Shown here in pieces: positions 37,345 to 46,716 of a stretch of DNA of 51,276 nucleotides; position 1 is the stretch's first letter, and every line of letters starts with the position of its first letter. The stretch is from positions 10,313 to 61,588 of the forward strand of contig NHIC01000008.1 in the NCBI GenBank assembly GCA_002169865.1. The letters are read 5' to 3'. The translations under genes were made by a program, and so were the position numbers. Origin of the DNA: Flavobacteriaceae bacterium TMED179. Its GTDB lineage: Bacteria > Bacteroidota > Bacteroidia > Flavobacteriales > Flavobacteriaceae. The notes below the pieces were generated by a model that worked only from the letters and a program-made list of their open reading frames with translations, had not been told where the DNA came from and searched no databases.

Positions 37345-39035
37345 ATATTTCCTTTTTTCATTTCCTGAATGGCGTGGTGGGCAGCTCTCGCTGTCAATGC
37401 CATAAATGTAAGTGAAGGGTTTTGTGTCGAAGTGGAGGTCATGCAGGCTCCGTCTGTTACAAAAACATTGGAACAGTGATGAATTTGATTCCATTTATTG
37501 AGCAGAGAAGTTTTCGGATCGTGACCCATTCTAGCACCTCCCATTTCGTGAATATCATTTCCAGGAATCCGTCCATTATCATTGGTTTTAATATTTGTAA
37601 AACCTGCCTTTTTGTACATTTCTGAAAACTCATCAAAAAAATCTTGAAGCATCTTCTCATCATTATCATCATAATCTACATCCACCTTAAGAAGAGGTAT
37701 CCCCCAAGAATCCGTAAGATTTTCATCAAGATTCACCTGATTACTTTCCTTAGGCAGGGTCTCTCCCATCATGTGAGAATTGACTTTCCAAATCTCACTT
37801 TCTTTAGTATTTAATAGATTATTGTACAAGTCCTCTCCTATAACTGAATCGTCATAATTCATTTTCTTACTTGCTCCAAAACCAGCGGCATATCCCCTAA
37901 GGAAGTTCGTTTCCTGACGGTACACATTTCTAAAGCGCGGAACATAGGCAGTGGTTGGCTTACTACCATCCACACGTTTATTTTTATGACCCTCATGGGT
38001 AGCTGTAATAACTCCTCTATAATTATGGAAGGCAATGTATTTACCTAGAAGTCCATTATCATTACCCAGTCCATAGGGGAACCGATCTGAGGTCGAATTT
38101 AGCAATATCAGATTGGTATTAAGGGTAGATGCGTTTAAGAAAATAACTTTAGCAAAATATTCTTTAGTGGTTTTTGTAAAAGCGTCAATGACACGAACCC
38201 CTATGGCTTTTTTATGATCTTCATCATAGATTATAGAATGGACCACGCTATGAGTTTTTAGAGTAAGGTTTCCCGTTTTCATTGCCCACGGTATGAGAGT
38301 TGAATTGGCATTGAAATAACCTCCATACGGACAACCCCTTTGACAAACATTTCTACTGGCACAAAGTCCCCTTCCTTGCTCCACATAAATGGGTTTACTT
38401 TCTGTTAAGTGAGCACATCTTCCATAGATTACATGTCGGTCATCGTAATACTTCTTCATCTGGTCACTAAAGTAGTCCTCAACACAGTTGGTACCAAAAG
38501 GTCTGAGAAAATCTCCATCAGGGAGTATATCCAACCCATCTTTATTTCCACTAACACCTACAAATTTCTCTACATATGTGTACCAGGGATCTAAATCTTT
38601 GTATCTAATGGGCCAATCCACCGCAAAACCATCTCGGGCAGGCCCTTCAAAATCAAGGTTACTCCATCTTTGTACCTGTCTCGCCCACATGATAGATTTT
38701 CCACCTACTTGATAACCACGAATCCATTGAAATGGCTTGGTTTCAACGTAGGGATGCTCTTTGTCTTTTACAAAAAAATGCATGGCATCTTCTTTAAAAG
38801 CGTAGCAACTGCTGGCGATTGGGTTTTCCTGGCGTATATTAGCGGGAAGCGCCCCACGGTGCTTAAACTCCCAAGGCAACAAATTGGTAGTAGGGTAATC
38901 TTTTATATGTTCTACTTTCCTGCCTCGTTCTATTAGTAAAGTATTAAAACCCTGCTCACAAAATTCTTTTGCGGCCCATCCACCGGACATACCCGCTCCA
39001 ATAACAATTGTATCGTAGTGATTTTCTTTATTCAT
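37341..39035 (-). CDS. GMC-family FAD oxidoreductase (large subunit)
   Basis: Has YDTIVIGAGMSGGWAAKE (the GxGxxG FAD fold). 564 aa, paired with a Tat-signal small subunit immediately upstream. Confidence 0.8.
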   Translation of the reverse strand: MNKENHYDTIVIGAGMSGGWAAKEFCEQGFNTLLIERGRKVEHIKDYPTTNLLPWEFKHRGALPANIRQENPIASSCYAFKEDAMHFFVKDKEHPYVETKPFQWIRGYQVGGKSIMWARQVQRWSNLDFEGPARDGFAVDWPIRYKDLDPWYTYVEKFVGVSGNKDGLDILPDGDFLRPFGTNCVEDYFSDQMKKYYDDRHVIYGRCAHLTESKPIYVEQGRGLCASRNVCQRGCPYGGYFNANSTLIPWAMKTGNLTLKTHSVVHSIIYDEDHKKAIGVRVIDAFTKTTKEYFAKVIFLNASTLNTNLILLNSTSDRFPYGLGNDNGLLGKYIAFHNYRGVITATHEGHKNKRVDGSKPTTAYVPRFRNVYRQETNFLRGYAAGFGASKKMNYDDSVIGEDLYNNLLNTKESEIWKVNSHMMGETLPKESNQVNLDENLTDSWGIPLLKVDVDYDDNDEKMLQDFFDEFSEMYKKAGFTNIKTNDNGRIPGNDIHEMGGARMGHDPKTSLLNKWNQIHHCSNVFVTDGACMTSTSTQNPSLTFMALTARAAHHAIQEMKKGNI

Positions 39036-39045
39036 GGTATTTAAA

Positions 39046-39540
39046 TTAGACTAGTTTACAGCCCAAATGACGGTTAGGAATGAATTCATATTTAGAATAT
39101 TCTGTCATGTATCGTTCAGAGGTAGTAAAATGTAGAAGTGACCACTTTTTGTTTTTTCGCATAAAAAAACCCAACTCTCCAGGATGACTTAGAGCTCTTA
39201 ATACAGTATAATTTTGAATGTTGGACTCTAATTCTTCATATGGCTTTAAAAAAGTCTGTTCAACAATTCCTTTAAAAAGCATTAAGCCTTGATTATAAAA
39301 AGCGAGCTCATCTAAGGTAAGTGCTCCATCTATCTGATTTAAAATAAATTGCATTCGGGTCTCCGGAGTAGGAAATTCAGCACTTTTAGAAGGTAAAATG
39401 GCCTCCGTCAACAAGCCCACAAGGTTTTGATCCTTTTCCACCAATACAGGGGGGAAAGGATTGGTGGAAGTACAATGATTTAAAATAACAATCCCGCTGA
39501 CACCGAGAGCAATGGTCTGAATAGCTCTTCTTCTTTTCAT
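39046..39540 (-). CDS. gluconate 2-dehydrogenase subunit 3-family protein (Tat-signal small subunit)
   Basis: Begins MKRRRAIQTIALGVSGIV (twin-arginine). 164 aa, with the conserved pairing to a GMC oxidoreductase. Confidence 0.65.
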   Translation of the reverse strand: MKRRRAIQTIALGVSGIVILNHCTSTNPFPPVLVEKDQNLVGLLTEAILPSKSAEFPTPETRMQFILNQIDGALTLDELAFYNQGLMLFKGIVEQTFLKPYEELESNIQNYTVLRALSHPGELGFFMRKNKKWSLLHFTTSERYMTEYSKYEFIPNRHLGCKLV

Positions 39541-39561
39541 GTCTCAAATATACATTATTAT

Positions 39562-39596
39562 AAAAAAAAAAACCACAAGCATTTTATGCATTGTGG
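39562..39596 (-). terminator. intrinsic terminator after tRNA-Leu(CAA)
   Basis: Minus-strand RNA reads CCACAA-U-GCA UAAAA UGC UUGUGG, a 6+3 bp stem with one bulge, followed by U11. Confidence 0.6.
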
Positions 39597-39604
39597 ATTT
39601 TATG

Positions 39605-39686
39605 TACCTCGGGTGGGAATCGAACCCACACTCCCGAAAGAACTGGATTTTGAATCCAGCGCGTCTACCAGTTCCGCCACCGAGGC
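39605..39686 (-). tRNA. tRNA-Leu (anticodon CAA); no encoded CCA
   Basis: Hand-folded. Acceptor GCCTCGG/CCGAGGT plus A73, anticodon stem CTGGA/TCCAG with loop TTCAAAA, long variable arm, T-arm GTGGG-TTCGATT-CCCAC. Confidence 0.9.
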
Positions 39687-39786
39687 ATAAATCAGAAATA
39701 CTGTTTTAAGTAGGACATAAAAATAATAAAATATTTAAGCCTTCAATTTAAAAATGATCAATAAAGGTGAAGCAATATTTTATTTT

Positions 39787-39794
39787 TAAATTTG
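39787..39794 (+). promoter_or_regulatory. -7 promoter box (TAAATTTG) for prs
   Basis: Exact TAnnTTTG, 17 nt upstream of the ATG at 39811. Confidence 0.45.
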
Positions 39795-39810
39795 CTAATA
39801 TAATATCCAT

Positions 39811-40743
39811 ATGGAAACTCCCGCGAAAATTTTTGCCTGTACTCAAAGTACTGATCTAGGTAAGTCTATAGCTGACTATTTTGGAATTAATGTAGGAAAA
39901 GTGAACTTTTCCCGCTATAGTGACGGTGAATTTCAGCCCTCGTTTGAAGAATCTGTCCGAGGGGCTCGAATATTTATAATTGGATCAACGCATCCTTCTT
40001 CCGAAAATTTGATGGAAATGCTTTTGATGCTCGATGCAGCAAAACGTGCATCCGCTAGACACATTACTGCCGTAATGCCCTATTTTGGTTGGGCAAGACA
40101 AGACAGAAAAGACAAGCCTAGAGTTCCAATTGGAGCAAAATTAATTGCTAAATTATTAGAGTCAGCTGGTGCAACTCGAATCATCACTATGGATCTACAT
40201 GCAGATCAAATCCAAGGATTTTTTGAAAAGCCTGTAGATCATCTGTTTGCTTCCACCATTTTTTTGCCCTATATAAATTCTTTAAAGCTTTCAGACCTTA
40301 CGATTGCCTCACCTGACATGGGAGGGTCAAAACGTGCTTATGCCTATTCAAAATTCCTATTAAGTGATGTTGTCATCTGCTATAAGCAAAGAGAAAAAGC
40401 AAATATCATCTCGCATATGGAGTTGATAGGAAACGTAGAAGGAAAAAATGTAATTCTTGTTGATGACATGGTAGATACTGCTGGAACACTGACAAAAGCT
40501 GCTGATTTGATAAAAAAAAGAGGTGCAATTTCAGTCCGCGCCATCTGCACTCATGCTCTACTCTCAGGTAATTCTTTTGAAATAATTGAAGGGTCTCAAC
40601 TTGAAGAATTAATTGTAACAGATTCTATACCACCAAAAGTTAGCCACCCTAAAGTAAAAGTATTATCTTGCGCCCCATTATTCGCTGAGGTTATGAAAAA
40701 CGTTCATTACAATCAGTCAATAAGTTCAAAATTTATAATGTAG
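39811..40743 (+). CDS. prs: ribose-phosphate pyrophosphokinase
   Basis: Contains YFGWARQDRK, DLHADQIQGFF and VDDMVDTAGT (PRPP-binding). Confidence 0.95.
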   Translation: METPAKIFACTQSTDLGKSIADYFGINVGKVNFSRYSDGEFQPSFEESVRGARIFIIGSTHPSSENLMEMLLMLDAAKRASARHITAVMPYFGWARQDRKDKPRVPIGAKLIAKLLESAGATRIITMDLHADQIQGFFEKPVDHLFASTIFLPYINSLKLSDLTIASPDMGGSKRAYAYSKFLLSDVVICYKQREKANIISHMELIGNVEGKNVILVDDMVDTAGTLTKAADLIKKRGAISVRAICTHALLSGNSFEIIEGSQLEELIVTDSIPPKVSHPKVKVLSCAPLFAEVMKNVHYNQSISSKFIM

Positions 40744-40751
40744 GAAGTTAA

Positions 40752-41399
40752 ATGAAATCTATTACTATTAAAGGATCCAAAAGAGAAAACTTAGGCAAAG
40801 TCGCGACCAAAGCCTTACGTAATGCTGATAAAGTTCCCTGCGTACTTTATGGAGGCGAAAATCCACTTCATTTTTCCGCAAATGAGCTTGATTTCAGCAA
40901 ATTAGTTTACACCCCAAATGCCCATACCGTTGTTATTGATATCAATGGAAATCAAAAAATAAATGCCATTTTACAGGATATACAATTTCACCCTGTCTCT
41001 GACAAAATTCTTCATGTTGATTTTTATCAACTATCTGATGACAAAGAAGTAAATATGGAAATCCCTTTAGTCTTCGAAGGCTCTGCCCCAGGTGTAATGC
41101 TAGAAGGAGGAACCTTAATGGTCAACAAACGAAAACTTAAAGTGAGGGCATTGCCTATTAACTTACCAGATTCTATAACTGTTGATATATCAGAACTCAA
41201 ATTGGGAAATAAAATTTCTTCTGCCGATTTGGACAGTGAAGATTTCACCATTCTACACCCTGAAAACACAGTGGTCTGTAAGGTAAGAACCTCTAGGGCC
41301 TCTATGAGTCTTGAAGAAGAAGTAGAAGGAGAGGGAGAGGGGACTACTCTAGAAGGAGAAGCCTCTTCAGAGGGTGAAAGCAGTTCAGGAGAAGAATAA
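40752..41399 (+). CDS. rplY: 50S ribosomal protein L25 / general stress protein Ctc, with acidic Gly/Glu/Ser tail
   Basis: Shows [25 protein letters not shown], a Ctc-type two-domain length, and the prs-rplY-pth gene order. Confidence 0.9.
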   Translation: MKSITIKGSKRENLGKVATKALRNADKVPCVLYGGENPLHFSANELDFSKLVYTPNAHTVVIDINGNQKINAILQDIQFHPVSDKILHVDFYQLSDDKEVNMEIPLVFEGSAPGVMLEGGTLMVNKRKLKVRALPINLPDSITVDISELKLGNKISSADLDSEDFTILHPENTVVCKVRTSRASMSLEEEVEGEGEGTTLEGEASSEGESSSGEE

Positions 41400-41504
41400 A
41401 CACTTTCTATCAATTATTAATAAAACATCTGTGATCTGAGATCCTTTTTTTAATTTTACAAGATGATATTTAAGTGGCTTTTCAGTAAATCAAAACCCAT
41501 TGAC

Positions 41505-42089
41505 ATGAAAAAATTTTTGATTGTAGGTTTGGGTAATATTGGAGAAGAATACCTCAAAACCCGTCATAATATAGGTTTTGAAGTAATTGATTTTATGGCT
41601 GAAAAGTTTGAGGTAGAAATGACTGATTTCAAACTGGGTACAAAAGGAGCCTTTAATCAAACGGGTAAAAAAATCATTCTGCTTAAGCCTTCCACTTTTA
41701 TGAACCAAAGTGGTAAATCTGTCAGGTATTGGGCTTTGAAAGAAAATATAGCACTTGAAAATATTCTAATTATTACAGACGATATCCACCTACCCCTTAC
41801 ATTTTTTAGACTCAAAGCAAAGGGCAGTGATGGCGGGCACAATGGATTAAAGGACATTGAATCCCAACTAAACACACATAATTACCCCAGGCTGCGATTT
41901 GGTATTAAAAGTGAAGAAAAATCATTCAATCAAGTTGACTTTGTTTTAGGGAAATTCTCTGATACTGAAATGGTAAAAATAACCAAAGTTTTACCCCAAA
42001 GTATGGAAATAGTTCTTTCATTTGTACAAATGGGATTAGATAGAACAATGAATAATTTCAACATAAGGCTTCCTAAGGCGAAGTCCTAA
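41505..42089 (+). CDS. pth: peptidyl-tRNA hydrolase
   Basis: Contains FLIVGLGNIGEEYLKTRHNIGF and GSDGGHNGLKDI. ATG at 41505 gives the typical N-terminus; the track start is 41463. Confidence 0.9.
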   Translation: MKKFLIVGLGNIGEEYLKTRHNIGFEVIDFMAEKFEVEMTDFKLGTKGAFNQTGKKIILLKPSTFMNQSGKSVRYWALKENIALENILIITDDIHLPLTFFRLKAKGSDGGHNGLKDIESQLNTHNYPRLRFGIKSEEKSFNQVDFVLGKFSDTEMVKITKVLPQSMEIVLSFVQMGLDRTMNNFNIRLPKAKS

Positions 42090-42750
42090 ATACTCCAATT
42101 GGGGATTTGGAGACATTACCCTCTTCATCCTTGGTAGCCACCCTCCAATAATAATATTTATCTGGACTTAGAGTAGCAGAAACAGATACTGAAGCTAAGT
42201 TTTCGGCTACCAAACTTAATCCGTCAGGCTCGGTTCCCAAATATAAATCATAGCTTTCAATATCATTATCCAAGTCATCTGTTTCCCATCTCAGCGTTAA
42301 TTTTCCATCCACAAGACTCACTTGTGAATTATTCACTGGACTTATCAATTTAGCGGGATAAGGGAAGTTACTGCTCTTCGGTTGTCCCTCTAAATAAAAT
42401 GTCCAAACTTCACTTTTCGTAATTGTTTCTGACTGTTCTGATTTGGTATTTACCCACCAAGAATACTGTTTCCCACGTTCCAATATAATACTGGTAAACA
42501 AACGTATGGTCTCTTTTTTTTGATCGATATTTGTTAATATATCCCTAACTACCAACTCATACTCATCAGTATGTATGGCCTCTTGCCAACTAAAGTTAAC
42601 TTGGCTTCTTTGATCGCTAATTCTAACTGCTGTACTACAATTATCATTATTAAGAGGACCCATTAATACAGATGCCTCAGGATCAGGTATCGATTCTTTT
42701 TTACAAGATACCCCTATCAAAAAAAAGATAAATAAACACCTCACCATCAT
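42073..42750 (-). CDS. lipoprotein with two FN3/Ig-like repeats, translationally coupled to the metalloprotease
   Basis: Signal LIGVSC. Two repeats are each marked by (F/L)xW...Y(S/Y)W(W/R)V...(V)(W/F)xF. There is an ATGA overlap with the upstream stop at 42747..42750. Confidence 0.55.
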   Translation of the reverse strand: MMVRCLFIFFLIGVSCKKESIPDPEASVLMGPLNNDNCSTAVRISDQRSQVNFSWQEAIHTDEYELVVRDILTNIDQKKETIRLFTSIILERGKQYSWWVNTKSEQSETITKSEVWTFYLEGQPKSSNFPYPAKLISPVNNSQVSLVDGKLTLRWETDDLDNDIESYDLYLGTEPDGLSLVAENLASVSVSATLSPDKYYYWRVATKDEEGNVSKSPIGVFRTSP

Positions 42751-45700
42751 CTCTTTAGAAGTTTAAAGTTTTCAATTCTATCTTCGGAAATTAGGCGAAT
42801 CAAATACACACCTGGGGGATAAAAGTCTACTGGAATTTGACAACTCCTGTCGAATTGGCTGAGCATAACTACTCTCCTACTGAGTAAATCACCCTGTAGG
42901 TTAAAAAATAATACCTCGACCTCAGGTCTTGTGCCACCTACCAAAATATATACGATTTCTGATGCTGGATTAGGATATATAATTGAATCCTCCGAAACAT
43001 ATATTTTTCGAACCAATTTCCCTTGGCATTCTAAATCTGTAGTGACCTCGAGAGTAGTCAATCCAGTCCCTAGCGAGAAACGGTGCTGTCCTGTTTTAAG
43101 TGAATAATCGTATCCATTGAGTCTAAGATTATAATTCTCTCCTCCTGACAAATCAACGGTTACCGATAAGTCTGTAGTGTTGAGTTGCGTGACCACATTG
43201 AGGGGATCGGGATCAAATAATTCTGTATTGTAACACCTTTTGAAATTCGGATCATCCGACGAAGTAATACAAATATTGTACTCCCCACTAGGTAAATTTG
43301 GAACTACAATGTCATTTTGGTTAGTAAATTGCTCTTCTCCTCTAAAACCACTGGGGCCAGTAACAAAAAGGGTATAATTAAAATGAGCATTTGCAGAGAC
43401 TGATATTGATCCATTATTTTTTCCTATACAAGAGGGGTCTGATTTACGCAAACTAAAATTATTAATGGAGTTGATGTCACATACATCTCCAACTCCATCT
43501 TCATCATAATCCATTTGATCTGAATTGGCATCCGTGGGACAATTGTCCAAAAGATCACTAATACCATCATTATCTGAATCTATAACCACCTGACCCCTGT
43601 AACAAACTGTAACTGAGAAAGCATCAATATAACCCACCAAATTGTCATCATAATTATCCTGTACCTCAAGTCTCCATCTTCCTTTGAGGTAATTCCCATT
43701 GAGTACTGATAAGTCTTCCAAAGGCCTGAAATTCCCAGTAAAAGGAGCTAACGCAAAAACAATCGGATTGGGAGACTCTTGATCAAATACAGTTTGCCTA
43801 TAATCATCTTGACTCCCCCCGATATTTTGCGATAACTTGATTCTATTGTTGTCAGGGGTGATAAGAAAAAGTGAAATATCTTGAATATAACTGTGATCTA
43901 TTGATAAATTTACATTAAAGTCTTGGATCACAACCTGATCAAAAATATCGAGGTTTACAAATGTTGATTTGGGCAATTCTCCGATTGCGTCCGAAATTTG
44001 GGTAGGCATTTCAGCAGCACTGTAGGTTCCACAATTAACTGTAAATGTTTTAAAAGTGCCTACTTCTGAATAGGACCCTTGACCACAGGAGTTGATTGGT
44101 TTTACCCTCCAAAAATATTGAGAATTAAAATCCAATCCAGCTATATCAGTAGATGTAGTAACTAAAGTTTCAGAATGAGTAAGTGTTGAAAATTGACTTG
44201 TTTTAGAAACTTCCAATCTGTACTCGTTTGCATTTTGGAGGGCGGACCATCTTAAATTTACAGTTCTCGTATACTCAACATTGAGATCGGTTGGTGTCTC
44301 CAACTGAACACCCGAAAAACTATCATCTCTGATTTTAACTTCTAAATTGATCGATTGGGTGAAGGACTGACCATTGGCACTTAGTGCCAAAACTAAGTCT
44401 TGAGTTGGTAAGTTTTGTAAACCCGAAATGGTTATCGTCTCTGATTGATTATCACTGGTCAATACTGAATCCGAAAACTGAGCGGTCAGAGAATCAGGTA
44501 GATCAATAAAATTCAAAGTAACAGTATCATTTGATTCCGAAAAAGTTTCGTAATCAAAATTAAAAGTAACCTCATTTTGACAAGCTTCCTTAAGAAAACC
44601 GTTAAAACTAAGTACAAAGGGAGACGGGATAATTTGAATATCTTGAGAATTCAGCGCAAAGTATATGGAATTATCGGGGATAATTTTAATCCTAACCTGA
44701 TCAGAGCTAATGCCACCTGGGACGGTGATATCCTCCTGTCCATCGTTCGGCGTAGAGGAGAGTAAAGTCTTTCCAAAAGTATTACCGCCATCCGTTGATA
44801 ATAAAATGGACACAAATTTTGTGTTGATAGGAGCTTGGTCGGTTAGTGCCACTTCCCAAGAAATTGTTTGCCTAGAACCCGCTTGCCAAATGATTCCTTC
44901 TTTATTTTGGGAACTCATTTCAAAGGGCCCAGCATCAGAAACAATCTTAAGTAATTTAATATCAGAAGACATTCTCCCTTTTTGCCCAGCCGATGCAGGA
45001 TATCGATCTCGAGCTGAAACTGCCCAAGTCATAGTTCTATCCACCATAGAAACCGTTTCCCAACGACTCCCAGTAGCAGGATTTTCTTGTGTCAAACTTC
45101 CTTTCAATACCGCTTCCATTTCAGGTATCGTTCTTGTTGGTTTAATAGATGGTGGAAGCGATCTCGCCTGAGCACCCAGATGATTATAAGGTCCAAAATT
45201 AGAAGCGTCCACTTGACCAGAATCCAACTGTTCCCAACAATAGTACAATACATCACCATCTGGATCAAATCCTGTTGCCTTCAACTCATAAGCTGTTCCT
45301 ATGGGTAAGGTAAAATCCTCCCCTGCTGAGGTAATGGGTATTTGATTTTCATTGACTTCAGTGGCGTAACAACTTTGTGATCCAAGGTATTCATTAATGT
45401 TTTGAATACTGTGATAATGAAAATATGGATCGCTGTGAAGCTGAACATTATCATTACCCACAATTCCTGCATACCCCATGATTGTCGATCCACTTCCTGG
45501 TTCTGAACTCACGTCTTCAAATTCATTGGTATGAGAAAAAGTATGATAAGCACCAAACTGATGCCCCATTTCATGGGTTACATAATCAATATCAAAATGA
45601 TCATTTAAAAAAGGCTCATCGGGACGGCCTTGAAAAGGGTGAGCGCTAAATGCACCTCCTTTTAATCCTGCTCTACATGCGCTTCCAACTGTACCCGCAT

Positions 45701-46628
45701 TACCATTTCCCCCATCTCGGGCATAGGCAAACAGATGACCTATGTCATAATTTTCTGAACCAAAAATTTCGTCGATGGTTTCTTGTGCCTGAGAAACTAA
45801 ATCGGTGGTGTAAGGGTCATTATCAACATTGGGAAAAACTAAATCAATCCCTGAAACCAACTCCAAATGTATACCCAGCTCCGATTCGAAAATTTCGTTG
45901 ACCCTGTTTATAGTGCTGATAACCGTGGCATAAGCATCCTCCTGATTGGTGCCATTGCTAGCATCATTATCTCCCCAAAAAGAAGTATAACCTCCAGTTG
46001 TGGATATGGCCAACCTAAAACTTCTTATCTCTGCTGAATTTGAAGTCCTAAAATACTTTTGACTAATACTCGTCAAATTTTGATCCTTCCAGTTGTCTCC
46101 TAACAAGGTACTACAATTGAAACCTCCCAGACCTCTTTCTACCGATCTATAATAGGAAATATAACGACAGTTTTCATCTCTTACAGGCTGTAAAAACCTA
46201 CTTTCTCCATTAGGATAACGGATCCATGCGTTGATACCCATTGGTGTATAAGAAAGTCTAATTTTAACTTCTGGGCGATCTCTACTTTTACCTGCATAAG
46301 TTCTTATTTTGGGGTATTTTAATTGAAGATCGGAAGACAGAACCTCTACTTTTTTGAGCTCAAAAACCTCCTCTTCTCCAAACTCGTTCGGCAATACCAT
46401 CTCAACACGATCTGACGCTCTCTTGGACTTTATCGTTGTTTGGCTTTTAAAATAATTTTTAAATCCCTGAGTATCTAATTCCAAGTAATAACTCATTTTC
46501 GGATCAGAAACGGGCAAATAACTTAAGGGAACATCCGAATCTAAAGACCAAAATTGCTGTGCATTTAGACCTCCAAAGGAAATAAAAAGGTAAAATAATC
46601 CAAAAAGGCAAGAATTATATATCGTCAA
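42747..46628 (-). CDS. T9SS-secreted multidomain zinc metalloprotease (reprolysin/M12B-like metzincin + P-domain + TSP3 repeats + Por C-terminal domain)
   Basis: 1293 aa with a signal peptide. Has HEMGHQFGAYH (HExxHxxGxxH), a proprotein-convertase P-domain-like block (ISLFLITPDNNRIKL...GRWRLEVQD), and Ca-binding TSP3-like DSDNDGISDLLDNCPTDANSDQMDYDEDGVGDVCD. The C-terminal block YPNPASEIVYIL...GVYLIRL...FKLLKR is a T9SS sorting domain. TTG start. Confidence 0.85.
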   Translation of the reverse strand: MTIYNSCLFGLFYLFISFGGLNAQQFWSLDSDVPLSYLPVSDPKMSYYLELDTQGFKNYFKSQTTIKSKRASDRVEMVLPNEFGEEEVFELKKVEVLSSDLQLKYPKIRTYAGKSRDRPEVKIRLSYTPMGINAWIRYPNGESRFLQPVRDENCRYISYYRSVERGLGGFNCSTLLGDNWKDQNLTSISQKYFRTSNSAEIRSFRLAISTTGGYTSFWGDNDASNGTNQEDAYATVISTINRVNEIFESELGIHLELVSGIDLVFPNVDNDPYTTDLVSQAQETIDEIFGSENYDIGHLFAYARDGGNGNAGTVGSACRAGLKGGAFSAHPFQGRPDEPFLNDHFDIDYVTHEMGHQFGAYHTFSHTNEFEDVSSEPGSGSTIMGYAGIVGNDNVQLHSDPYFHYHSIQNINEYLGSQSCYATEVNENQIPITSAGEDFTLPIGTAYELKATGFDPDGDVLYYCWEQLDSGQVDASNFGPYNHLGAQARSLPPSIKPTRTIPEMEAVLKGSLTQENPATGSRWETVSMVDRTMTWAVSARDRYPASAGQKGRMSSDIKLLKIVSDAGPFEMSSQNKEGIIWQAGSRQTISWEVALTDQAPINTKFVSILLSTDGGNTFGKTLLSSTPNDGQEDITVPGGISSDQVRIKIIPDNSIYFALNSQDIQIIPSPFVLSFNGFLKEACQNEVTFNFDYETFSESNDTVTLNFIDLPDSLTAQFSDSVLTSDNQSETITISGLQNLPTQDLVLALSANGQSFTQSINLEVKIRDDSFSGVQLETPTDLNVEYTRTVNLRWSALQNANEYRLEVSKTSQFSTLTHSETLVTTSTDIAGLDFNSQYFWRVKPINSCGQGSYSEVGTFKTFTVNCGTYSAAEMPTQISDAIGELPKSTFVNLDIFDQVVIQDFNVNLSIDHSYIQDISLFLITPDNNRIKLSQNIGGSQDDYRQTVFDQESPNPIVFALAPFTGNFRPLEDLSVLNGNYLKGRWRLEVQDNYDDNLVGYIDAFSVTVCYRGQVVIDSDNDGISDLLDNCPTDANSDQMDYDEDGVGDVCDINSINNFSLRKSDPSCIGKNNGSISVSANAHFNYTLFVTGPSGFRGEEQFTNQNDIVVPNLPSGEYNICITSSDDPNFKRCYNTELFDPDPLNVVTQLNTTDLSVTVDLSGGENYNLRLNGYDYSLKTGQHRFSLGTGLTTLEVTTDLECQGKLVRKIYVSEDSIIYPNPASEIVYILVGGTRPEVEVLFFNLQGDLLSRRVVMLSQFDRSCQIPVDFYPPGVYLIRLISEDRIENFKLLKR

Positions 46629-46689
46629 TTCTGGTTGTTAATTTTCTTTAATTTAAAAAAACAATATTAATGGTGAAATATTTTCGGTG

Positions 46690-46697
46690 TACTTTTG
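46690..46697 (+). promoter_or_regulatory. -7 promoter box (TACTTTTG) for ribF
   Basis: Exact TAnnTTTG, 20 nt upstream of the ATG at 46717. Confidence 0.45.
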
Positions 46698-46716
46698 AAA
46701 AATATCATAATTTTCA

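Noticed and set aside
39541-39810. tRNA-Leu(CAA) as an integration site for a genomic island, and likewise the tRNA pair at 13723..13897
   Set aside because: There is no integrase, no transposase and no direct repeat of the tRNA 3' end nearby. The flanking genes are ordinary metabolic or housekeeping genes.
41431-41451. Possible terminator after rplY (GATC-TGA-GATC followed by T7)
   Set aside because: The stem is only 4 bp with a 3-nt loop, too weak to call. prs-rplY-pth are probably co-transcribed.
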